From: Oscillatoriales cyanobacterium
Lineage (GTDB): Bacteria; Cyanobacteriota; Cyanobacteriia; Cyanobacteriales; Laspinemataceae
DNA: 64,000 nt
Assembly: GCA_011390955.1 (NCBI GenBank)
Contig: JAABRM010000001.1
Coordinates: 110,694-174,693 of the forward strand
Direction: 5' to 3'
In this document: piece after piece, positions 19,743-28,152 of the stretch
Layout: each line of letters starts with the position of its first letter
How positions within the stretch are numbered: the stretch's first letter is position 1
Program-made: the position numbers and the translations under genes
Notes under the pieces: model-generated
Told to the model about the DNA's origin: nothing
The model's input: the letters and a program-made list of their open reading frames with translations, nothing else
The model's database searches: none

Positions 19743-21812
19743 TTAATTCTCATTGTTTAAAATATCTTCTAATCTTTGGCCGGGGGGAAGACCGACAAAC
19801 ACGCGATCGCCTGACTCCAAACCACTGAGAATTTGAATATCATTACCAATGGTTGGGCCAATAGTGACAGGACGAAAAACCGCTTGATTTTTCTCATTAG
19901 GAACTAACACCCCCGTTTCACCTTTATTAGTGACAATTGCCACCGTAGGCACGACTAAAGCATTTTTCAATTCATCACCTAAAAACGTCACATCCACATT
20001 CATTCCCGATCGCAATTCCTCCAAACCTGAGTCAATATCAACCCGAACTTCAAATAAAGTCACATCTTGTTCTTTAATTGCTTCGGGAGCAATCAAACGC
20101 ACTTTACCTGTAAAAACTTGGTCAGGATAAGCATCCGCCACAATTTCTACCACTTGACCGGGCTGAATTTGCGTAATATCCGCTTCCGGGACTTTCCCCA
20201 AAACTTCCAATCCTCTAGCCAAAGCCACAATAGAAGTAGAAGTAGCTTGACCCGCACTAGAAGCGGAAGTCGTCGGCGTCACAAACGCGCCCTCGGTGGC
20301 ATATCTTTGAGTAATTTGCCCAGAAAACGGCGCCCGAATAATCGTATCTTCTAGCTGAACCTCCACCTCGCGCAATTGTCCCAGGGCCTCATTCACCTCC
20401 GCTTCTGCTTGAGTAATGGTTTCGGGACGCGGGCCATTTTCTTGCAAAGCCAAAGCCTGTTCAACCTCTTGCACTTGGGCTTCGGCCCTGGCAATTTCCT
20501 CTGGACGCGGGCCATTTTCTTGCAAAGCTAAAGCCTGTTGCGCCTCTTGCACTTGGGCTTCGGCCCTGGCAATTTCCTCTGGACGCGGGCCATTTTCTTG
20601 CAAAGCTAAAGCCTGTTGCGCCTCTTGCACTTGGGCTTCGGCCCTGGCAATTTCCTCTGGACGCGGGCCATTTTCTTGCAAAGCTAAAGCCTGTTGCGCC
20701 TCTTGCACTTGGGCTTCGGCCCTGGCAATTTCCTCTGGACGCGGGCCATTTTCTTGCAAAGCTAAAGCCTGTTGCGCCTCTTGCACTTCCGCTTCCGCTT
20801 GTGTCAGGTCCTCCCGCCGATTTTTTTGCAGTTGTTCTAACTGGCGTTGCGCTTCTTGTAAACTGGCTTGGGCCCGCCGATTTTCCGTCACCGCTTCGTC
20901 CAGGCTATCTTGAGAAATAGCTCCTTCGTCGGCTAATTGCTGATTTCGTTTTCGCCGCACTTCCGTCAATTCCACTCTAGCCTGGGCGTCCACCACCCTT
21001 GCTTCCGCTTGGGCAATTTCCTCAAATCGACTACCGACTTTTACCCCTGTCAGACGGGCTTGGGCTTGGGCTAAACGGGCTCTGGCTTGGGCAATATTTT
21101 CCCTGCGGTTCCCGGCCCGCAATTCGGCTAAACTCGCTTGGGCTTGGGCTAAACGGGCTCTGGCTTGGGCAATGTCTTCTCGGCGCGAACCAGCCCGCAG
21201 TTCCCCTAAACTTTCTTGGGCTTGGGCTAAACGGGCTCTGGCTTGGGCAATGTCTTCCCCACGAGAACCTGCCAGCAGTTCGGCTAAACTCGCTTGGGCT
21301 TGGGCTAAACGAGCTCTGGCTTGGGCAATGTCTTCCCGACGGTTCCCGTTTTCCAGTTCTCGGAGTCGGGCTTCGGCGCGGTTGATTCGAGCTCTAGCTT
21401 GGGCCAGTCGGGCATTCGTATCACTACTTTCCATGATGGCGATAATTTCACCCTGTTCGACGCGATCGCCCTGTTCCACTCGTAACTGTTCAAGGCGTCC
21501 GGCATTTTTGGGGGATAAGTTGACACTTTGGATCGGTTGCACCGTGCCACTGGCTTGAATTCTGACCGTGCGATTTTGGTATTCTACGGCGACCGTGAGT
21601 TCGGCGATCGGATCGGTTTTGGGTTTGCGGCGACCCATGATTCCATATCCAATCGCGCCAAAACCTAACAAAATCACCACTACTAAAGCGATCGCTCCCA
21701 ATTTTTTCATCCCCTGAAATTTTTTAATCTGAGCGGGAAAAGATGCTTTTGGTTCAGGGAAATCAACCTTATTTTCTAACTGAGATTCTTTTTCCGGGGG
21801 AAGTTGCGGCAT
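19743..21812 (-). CDS. devB: HlyD-family membrane fusion protein (DevB-like) with expanded tandem coiled-coil repeats
   Basis: TM anchor (LGAIALVVVILLGFGAIGYGI), a biotinyl/lipoyl-like domain (VRIQASGTVQPIQSVNLSPKNAGRLEQLRVEQGDRVEQGEIIAI) and a C-terminal beta-barrel (PTVAIVTNKGETGVLV). The central part holds ~5 copies of a 22-aa unit (..REDIAQARARLAQAQASLAEL..) and 5 near-identical copies of a 26-aa unit (QENGPRPEEIARAEAQVQEAQQALAL). Confidence 0.8.
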   Translation of the reverse strand: MPQLPPEKESQLENKVDFPEPKASFPAQIKKFQGMKKLGAIALVVVILLGFGAIGYGIMGRRKPKTDPIAELTVAVEYQNRTVRIQASGTVQPIQSVNLSPKNAGRLEQLRVEQGDRVEQGEIIAIMESSDTNARLAQARARINRAEARLRELENGNRREDIAQARARLAQAQASLAELLAGSRGEDIAQARARLAQAQESLGELRAGSRREDIAQARARLAQAQASLAELRAGNRRENIAQARARLAQAQARLTGVKVGSRFEEIAQAEARVVDAQARVELTEVRRKRNQQLADEGAISQDSLDEAVTENRRAQASLQEAQRQLEQLQKNRREDLTQAEAEVQEAQQALALQENGPRPEEIARAEAQVQEAQQALALQENGPRPEEIARAEAQVQEAQQALALQENGPRPEEIARAEAQVQEAQQALALQENGPRPEEIARAEAQVQEVEQALALQENGPRPETITQAEAEVNEALGQLREVEVQLEDTIIRAPFSGQITQRYATEGAFVTPTTSASSAGQATSTSIVALARGLEVLGKVPEADITQIQPGQVVEIVADAYPDQVFTGKVRLIAPEAIKEQDVTLFEVRVDIDSGLEELRSGMNVDVTFLGDELKNALVVPTVAIVTNKGETGVLVPNEKNQAVFRPVTIGPTIGNDIQILSGLESGDRVFVGLPPGQRLEDILNNEN

Positions 21813-22370
21813 GATTTTTTAACTTGGAAAAATAAAGCGATGAAACAACACAAAGATTAACACACTCATGGATTACAGCTTGTTCACCAGTAGGGGGGAT
21901 TCGCGAATCCCCCCTACTTAACACATTGCCCTAAAGCCCTAAAGCCCTCACCCTAAATCGACGGCGGCCTATGCATTAGAGAGGGACTTTGAGAGAAGAT
22001 CGAATTATTTCTGACCAGGCTGTAAGTGAGTGTTTAATCTAACCAATAATATTTTACCAATTATTTTAATTTATTTTAATTTATTTTAGTTCATAAACAG
22101 CAAATTATGCCTATAAGCAAGAAAAATGCTCTGAGTATTTCAGGCAAATTAAGCCAGGGGCAATTTTATTTTATCAAATTTAAAATCCATTAAATCCGAT
22201 TAAATTGTTAAAAATATTTTGGCTTGATGCCGCTGCATGAATTAACCCCATTGCCGCGAAAGGTTCAATTTTGTAACAATTATTTACAATAAGCTCAGAT
22301 TTATCTTAACCCAAAATTTGATTAATTTAACCGCGATCGGAGAAATTAAATCGGTGCGGCACAAAGAGTC

Positions 22371-22455
22371 ACAACAGAGTCACAAAACAGTCACAAAACA
22401 GTGACAAAAAAGTGACAAAAAAGTGACAAAAGAGGTACAAAAGAGGTACAAAAGT
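22371..22455. repeat. 11-bp periodic tandem repeat (AGTCACAAAAC / AGTGACAAAAA / AGGTACAAAAG), ~8 units, upstream of the DUF928 paralog
   Basis: agagtcacaacagagtcacaaaacagtcacaaaacagtgacaaaaaagtgacaaaaaagtgacaaaagaggtacaaaagaggtacaaaag. One-helical-turn periodicity about 210 bp upstream of the start at 22667. Confidence 0.8.
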
Positions 22456-22666
22456 GCGATCGCGCCTGGAATAGCGCCGGAAAGCACCGGCAAATATACA
22501 GAGTCCTGACTCGGCAAAAAAACCTATGACTTGGAGTAAATACGGATATCTTTAAACAATCTTTAAAATTTGCCTCGATATTTTCACTGAATATTTAAAA
22601 AAAGGGGGCTATAATTAAATTGAAGTCATAAATCAACACCCCAAAACCATCAAACCTAAAACTCTC

Positions 22667-23395
22667 ATGCCTAGAAACTACTTAGCGACAAACATTTCTC
22701 AAGTTGCGATCGCCCTATCCATCGCGATCGCTGGCAGTGTCGGTATTTCTGGTTCGGCCACCGCTGGGCCAAAACTGAACGTAGAAAACCGAGGCGCCCC
22801 AACCTTAACCGCTGGCGCCGCTTCTCGCAGTGGCAACAGTGCCACCCTGGTTGCGGTCCAATCCCCCAGCCAAAAAACCTTCACCGCCGCCACTGCTCCC
22901 ACGGTCTTTATCTATATATCCAACACTAATGCTTCCGAAGGGATTTTCGTCCTCAAAGATGAAAATGACAATGACATAGCTCGCATGACTGTAGCGTTGC
23001 CCGAACAACCGGGAATTGTTCGGATCCAGCTTCCAGAAACCATCATGTCTGAAACTTTACAAGTGGGCAAAGAATATCAATGGGTATTTAGCCCATTGTC
23101 TAGCAACCAGAGCGGAATTAATACCACTTTTATTAATGGTTGGATCGAACGCATTGAATTAAGTCCGACTCAGGTCAGCCGTTTGGAAAATACCGATCCC
23201 TTGGCTGCCGTGGACTTATACGCAGAAGCCGAACTTTGGCAGGATGCCCTAGCCACCTTGGCAGAATTTGCCGAAACTAACCCCAACGATTCAACCCTAG
23301 AAGCCAAGTGGAACCATTTATTAAACCAAGCTGGACTGGGCAATTTAGCCGGAGTATCCGTCGATTTTGCTCATGCCTTAGCCAGCAACAATTAA
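22667..23395 (+). CDS. DUF928-family secreted protein, paralog of the gene at 6814-7608
   Basis: Signal peptide (SQVAIALSIAIAGSVGISGSATA); conserved core VFIYISNTNASEGIFVLKDENDNDIARMTVALPEQPGIVRIQLPE...LQVGKEYQWVFSPLS aligns with the other DUF928 ORF. Confidence 0.65.
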   Translation: MPRNYLATNISQVAIALSIAIAGSVGISGSATAGPKLNVENRGAPTLTAGAASRSGNSATLVAVQSPSQKTFTAATAPTVFIYISNTNASEGIFVLKDENDNDIARMTVALPEQPGIVRIQLPETIMSETLQVGKEYQWVFSPLSSNQSGINTTFINGWIERIELSPTQVSRLENTDPLAAVDLYAEAELWQDALATLAEFAETNPNDSTLEAKWNHLLNQAGLGNLAGVSVDFAHALASNN

Positions 23396-24007
23396 CCAGA
23401 AAAATGAAGTATGAAGTGTCAAGAATTTCTCTAGAATCACTTCATACTTTAGGTCGGTTAATGCCGGTGGCTTAATAATAGGACTATCAAATTACCGGAT
23501 AGTCAAAATCTGACAAATACCAGGGAACTTATTATTCAGATAATTCAGGCAAAAACGGTATCAAAAACAATATTTTATTTAACGATAAATTGATGCTTTA
23601 AGTTATAAATTAATAAATTGATAGTTTAATTGTCTCGCGATTGATGACAAATTAGCCAAATTACCGATAAAAAAGCTCGGCGGCTTATAAGAAACCCGGT
23701 TTCTTGAAGAAACCGGGTTTCTTGCTTGCCGAAGTCAATTAACCCCAAAACAAGGGTCTTAGAAACCTGAAGCGGTTAGAAACCGGGTTTCTATGTAGGT
23801 TCCGGTGGGGAGGCAGATATTTCGTCAGAGTTACCCGGTTTCTTGTCCCTGTAGTAGTTATTGGTTGTTGGTTATGGGTTGTTGGTGATTACAGCGTTTT
23901 TCTATTGGTTAAACCACCCCCCGAAACTCCCTTTGAACTGCGGGACTAGGGGGGGTAGGGGCGCGATCTTGACCGCAGAGCGATCGCGATCGAGTCAAAA
24001 TTCAAGC

Positions 24008-25126
24008 CTAATTACTAATGCCTTGTTGACCCTGTAGATACTTTTCTGGATCGGTTCGGAGATCCACATACAAGAAATCGATGCCTTCTTGCTCTAAAAG
24101 TTCTAAGATGGCTAAGTTTAACTTGCTCTCTGCATCAAAGTAGAGATTTGTATCATTAACAAAGGCAACAATGTTAATCACCCGGGCATTATTTTCAATC
24201 TTGCTAAACCGAACGATGATCTCTTTAGATAAGCCCTTAACAGATGAGGGCATTGCTCTAATCGCATCGCAGATTTTCGCAGTTTGCTGGGCGGAAATAT
24301 TATCAATTTTCAGGGTTAAACTAATGCCCCACTTTAATTCATCGCCTGGATTTTGCGACCAATTTTCTACAATTCCCGTAATCATTCTAGAGTTCGGCAT
24401 TTTCACAATCGAGCCCCACTGATAAACATGGAGGGTTGTAGTTCTAAATCCAATACTCATTATCTGCACGAAACCCTGCAATCCTGAGACCGCAACCCAG
24501 TCTCCTTCTCGATAGAGCTTATCGGAGTAGATAATAACTGTGCAAAACCAGTCATAGACAATATCCTTCAACAGCAAACCCAAGGTAATACCAGCACCAC
24601 CTAAGAGACCAACCAGTGCGCCTGCTGATTGTCCTAAAAAGATTTCACTGATCTTGATCGCGATAACGACAACTGCTGCCGCTTGAAAAAGCTTCGGCAT
24701 CAAAGGTCTGAGCAATTCATCCAACTCAGTGTCAGTATGGAGCAGAAGTTTAGCAATTATCTGACCAAAGATAGAAGAGGCTCGATAAACAGCGTATGCA
24801 ACGATGAAAACGACTATCAAATTGAGCAAATTGCCGATTGTTTCGCTCAATTGAACACCTAATTCTTGTGCCAGAATTTGTTTGATTAGCCACAGTCCAG
24901 CAATCAGAATCAACCAGCTTAAGGACGGCTTGAGAATATCAACTAACTCATCATCAAGGTTAGTCTCTGTTTTGCTAGTAAATCGCTCAATTGTTTTAAC
25001 TATAGCTGCAACAACAAATCGTCTCAATGTCTGTGTAAACGTCAAGATGATGATCGCGGCAATTATTTTGCCAATGGGTATGCCGGAGTAATCGAGATTT
25101 TTTAGTGTATTCCAAAGTGCTTCCAT
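24008..25126 (-). CDS. Mechanosensitive ion channel, MscS family
   Basis: N-terminal TM helices, then the MscS beta-domain signature GDWVAVSGLQGFVQIMSIGFRTTTLHVYQWGSIVKMPNSRMITGIVENWSQ. Confidence 0.8.
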   Translation of the reverse strand: MEALWNTLKNLDYSGIPIGKIIAAIIILTFTQTLRRFVVAAIVKTIERFTSKTETNLDDELVDILKPSLSWLILIAGLWLIKQILAQELGVQLSETIGNLLNLIVVFIVAYAVYRASSIFGQIIAKLLLHTDTELDELLRPLMPKLFQAAAVVVIAIKISEIFLGQSAGALVGLLGGAGITLGLLLKDIVYDWFCTVIIYSDKLYREGDWVAVSGLQGFVQIMSIGFRTTTLHVYQWGSIVKMPNSRMITGIVENWSQNPGDELKWGISLTLKIDNISAQQTAKICDAIRAMPSSVKGLSKEIIVRFSKIENNARVINIVAFVNDTNLYFDAESKLNLAILELLEQEGIDFLYVDLRTDPEKYLQGQQGISN

Positions 25127-25639
25127 AGGTGATAGCTGATTGAATGATTATTTTTTGGTAAATTTACAAACATATTTGGCGAGTTTTCTTGACTAAACAA
25201 GTAACTAATATTGATTTTTTCTCCTAATTTAATCGCAATTTGTTGGTAATTATCGAATATAAATCGAGTATGAGTATCATTACTTAGCTTTATCATTTCA
25301 CAATCCCCGGTTAATTCAGGGATTTTATCAGCATATTGCGGCAAAATCAAGGGTGACTTTCGGGTAGAGAAATATTCAGAAAATTCACTGATTTACTGAA
25401 ACAATTTTGAACTGCAATGTTCGTAAAAATACTGAGATGGTAAAGTATTTGGTTTTCTTGGTTAATGGTTGAATTACTTTGGCAGCATCGATTTTGAGAT
25501 TTTGAGTAGGCTGGAATATTTTTGCGATAAATATGTTGGCACTATGTAGTTTTACGGATGATACTGTTGGCTAATTTTTCCGGTCTCTATGTTATATCGT
25601 TTACAAAAATTCATACAAAAGTAGGGGCGCAATGCTTGC

Positions 25640-25850
25640 GCCCAAATAAACCTGGGAAAGGAGAGAGGGGAGAGAAGGGAGGAGAGAGAAGGGAGGGGAG
25701 AGGAAAGAGGAGAGAGGAGGGAGAAGGGAGAAAAGAGAATATCTTTACTCTTTCCTCTTTACTCTTTCCTCTTTACTCTTTCCTCTTTACTCTTTCCTCT
25801 TTGCTCTTTGCTCTTTGCTCTTTGCTCTTTCCTCTTTTTTCCTTGAGCAG
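25640..25850. repeat. Polypurine tract (GGAGAGA/GGGAGG)n followed by a polypyrimidine tandem repeat (CTCTTTACTCTTTC/CTCTTTG)n. A mirror/inverted-repeat, H-DNA- or hairpin-prone region.
   Basis: ggagagaggggagagaagggaggagagagaagggaggggagaggaaagagg... then ctttactctttcctctttactctttcctctttactc...ctctttgctctttgctctttgctc. A similar architecture occurs at 56640-56740. Confidence 0.8.
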
Positions 25851-27938
25851 TTAACTTTCAATCACCGAATGATATCGGGTTTGACTTGCTTGCAATTGGT
25901 CTAATAGTTGCTCCTCAGTTTTCGCCGGTTCTTCGCAAGTAAAACCTTGGCAGACTAAGCCCACGGATCCGGCTGGGATATCCGAATCTATTTTATAGAT
26001 GGCTGTGGGGAAATACTGCTGATTTAACATGGCAAATACGGGGGCACTGCTGCGGACTAAAGTGTGATTTTTAAACCAATCTAAGGCCACAAAAAGACTG
26101 GGACAAGCGGAGGCAGCCCGATCCATGACGCTGCTAAATGCTTGTAAGATTTGTTCGGCGCGATCGAGATAGTTTAAGTCTTCAGTCACGAAAGCCAGCC
26201 GGACTAAATTCGCAGCGGCGATGCCATTAGCGGCAGGAGTGGCATTATCCATATAACTCCGTTCCCGAATAAGCAAATCATCGCTGCTATCGGTGGCGGT
26301 ATTATAATAACCTCCAATTTCAATACTCCAGAGAAATTCATCAAATTCTGCCTGGACTTTTACGGCTGTTTCTAACCAAAAATCCGCCGCAACCGGGGCA
26401 GACGCAAAAGCTAAACTAACTTGATGTAAATCGATTAAAGCTTTAATAAATAAAGCATAATCTTCCGATTGGGCTAATACCGCAGTTTTGCCCTCATAGT
26501 TGAGGCGATGAAACCGCCCCTCTATCCATTGGCGATCGCAGATAAAATTCGCGGCATTAGTAGCTAGTTCTAAAAATTCTGGTTCATCAAACACCGCTGC
26601 GGCTTTAGCCAACCCAGAAATCATTAAACTATTCCAAGCCACAATCATTTTCGGGTCTGTCACCGAAGGAATTCGTCCCGGCCAAGGATAAGCTTTCGCT
26701 TCCTGGTTATCCCGGGCGGGGGGAAAATTTTTCAACTCCTGGGGCAGCAATCCATAACGCAGTTGAAAGAGTTTTGCTAATGCCGCTTCCAGGGTATGAC
26801 TCAGTTCGCCCAACTGCCGACGTTGCAACACATTTTGCCCTTCAAAATTGCCATTGGCAGTAACAGTAAATTGCTCTTTTAATTCCGCCAATTCTTCAGG
26901 GGTTAAAAGTGCTTCTAATTCTGAATAAAGCCACACATAAAACGCCCCTTCTTCTGGTTCTGCTGCCGTGGGAGTGGTAAAACTATCCGCATCTTGGGCC
27001 GCATAAAAATATCCTTCTGGGGCGGTCATTTCTCGTTTCAACCATGCCACCGTCCCGAAAACTGCCCGTTTAAAAGCCGGTTCGCGAACCCCAGAACTCC
27101 ATAAATTTGCCAAATATTCGACAATTTGCCCATTGTCATAGAGCATTTTCTCAAAGTGAGGGACAGTCCAATTGGGGTCAACGGTATAACGGTGAAATCC
27201 TCCGGCTACATGATCGTAAATGCCTCCCAAGGCTAAATCATAACCCCGTTGAATACTCACTTCTTGGGGGTTATATTTCGCTTCCAGATTAAAACGACTA
27301 CCCTGGAGAACCAGTTGACTATAGGGAATCATGGGGAAACTTTGCCGACCGTGGCGATCGCCAATAATCGCCGTACTCACCTGCACGCCACTGCTGAGAC
27401 AATCATCAGCAATGGTTTCCGTTCCTGAAATTACCGCTGACTGTTGCAAATGCTGCATAATTTCCTGAGTCACATCTTGCAGCTTGGCTTTGTCCGTATC
27501 GTAATAGCGGCGAATGGCTTGGAGAATTTGCAAAAATCCCGGACGACCATATTTCGGTTCCACCGAGAAATAAGTGCCGCCAAAAAAAGGAATCAGGCGA
27601 TCGGGGGTTAAGAAAATATTTAACGGCCAACCTCCTTGACCCGTCATAATTTGCAGCGCTTGCATATAAATGCTATCAATATCTGGCCGTTCTTCTCGGT
27701 CTACTTTAATCGGCAAAAAATTGGCATTCATATAATCAGCAATCAGTTGATTTGAGAAAGCCTCCCCTTCCATGACCGTACACCAATGGCAACTGGAATA
27801 GCCGATCGACAAGAAAATTGGCTTATTCTCCCGGCGAGCAGTTTCCAGGGCTTCTGGACACCAAGGCCACCAATCAATCGGATTTTCCGCGTGTTTGCGT
27901 AGGTAGAGGCTTTCGGTTTGGGCTAGATGATTGGTCAT
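25851..27938 (-). CDS. Thioredoxin-domain protein (DUF255 / YyaL / spermatogenesis-associated protein 20-like)
   Basis: N-terminal YLRKHAENPIDWWPWCPEALETARRENKPIFLSIGYSSCHWCTVMEGEAF (thioredoxin-like CxxC) followed by a six-hairpin glycosidase-like domain. Confidence 0.85.
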   Translation of the reverse strand: MTNHLAQTESLYLRKHAENPIDWWPWCPEALETARRENKPIFLSIGYSSCHWCTVMEGEAFSNQLIADYMNANFLPIKVDREERPDIDSIYMQALQIMTGQGGWPLNIFLTPDRLIPFFGGTYFSVEPKYGRPGFLQILQAIRRYYDTDKAKLQDVTQEIMQHLQQSAVISGTETIADDCLSSGVQVSTAIIGDRHGRQSFPMIPYSQLVLQGSRFNLEAKYNPQEVSIQRGYDLALGGIYDHVAGGFHRYTVDPNWTVPHFEKMLYDNGQIVEYLANLWSSGVREPAFKRAVFGTVAWLKREMTAPEGYFYAAQDADSFTTPTAAEPEEGAFYVWLYSELEALLTPEELAELKEQFTVTANGNFEGQNVLQRRQLGELSHTLEAALAKLFQLRYGLLPQELKNFPPARDNQEAKAYPWPGRIPSVTDPKMIVAWNSLMISGLAKAAAVFDEPEFLELATNAANFICDRQWIEGRFHRLNYEGKTAVLAQSEDYALFIKALIDLHQVSLAFASAPVAADFWLETAVKVQAEFDEFLWSIEIGGYYNTATDSSDDLLIRERSYMDNATPAANGIAAANLVRLAFVTEDLNYLDRAEQILQAFSSVMDRAASACPSLFVALDWFKNHTLVRSSAPVFAMLNQQYFPTAIYKIDSDIPAGSVGLVCQGFTCEEPAKTEEQLLDQLQASQTRYHSVIES

Positions 27939-28152
27939 AAGTCGTTAGTTAAACTCGATTTGACTACGGTTTTCTGGTAGCAGTGTAACCCGAACTGGCA
28001 AGGTAGGGGGCGAATTGTCGGGAAGTGAGAGGCAGGGGTGTGGAGGTGTGGGGGGCAGTGGTCGCCATCGGGTGTGGGGGGCTATATTTAGGTTATTTCA
28101 GTGCTATTATTTTAGATAATTATCCTAATTTTTTTCATTTTATAGTCAAAAC

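Noticed and set aside
19631-19828. ORFs encoding TTNNQQP/QPTTNN repeats (also 38318..38518, 38325..38567, 50155..50442, 50189..50419, 50146..50406, 50204..50416, 6290..6523, 6389..6589)
   Set aside because: They are translations of (CAACCAA)n / (GAGCAGAG)n tandem DNA repeats, open in all frames by construction. No coding signal beyond the repeat.
20416-21558. Long plus-strand ORFs 20416..20913, 20999..21385, 21172..21558
   Set aside because: Antisense to devB and made entirely of its tandem repeats (GRGPFSCKAKAC... repeated). An artefact of the repetitive GC-rich coding repeats.
21880-21925. Possible tRNA or structured RNA at the gtaggggggattcgcgaatcccccctac hairpin
   Set aside because: A simple perfect palindrome without a tRNA cloverleaf (no T-arm GTTC/anticodon arm arrangement). 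Treated as another small palindromic repeat.
25102-25350. 82-aa ORF upstream of the MscS gene
   Set aside because: AT-rich promoter-region ORF without motifs; likely spurious.
25558-25854. 98-aa ORF rich in Arg/Glu/Gly and Leu/Ser/Phe
   Set aside because: Encoded by the polypurine/polypyrimidine repeat tract; low complexity, no start context.
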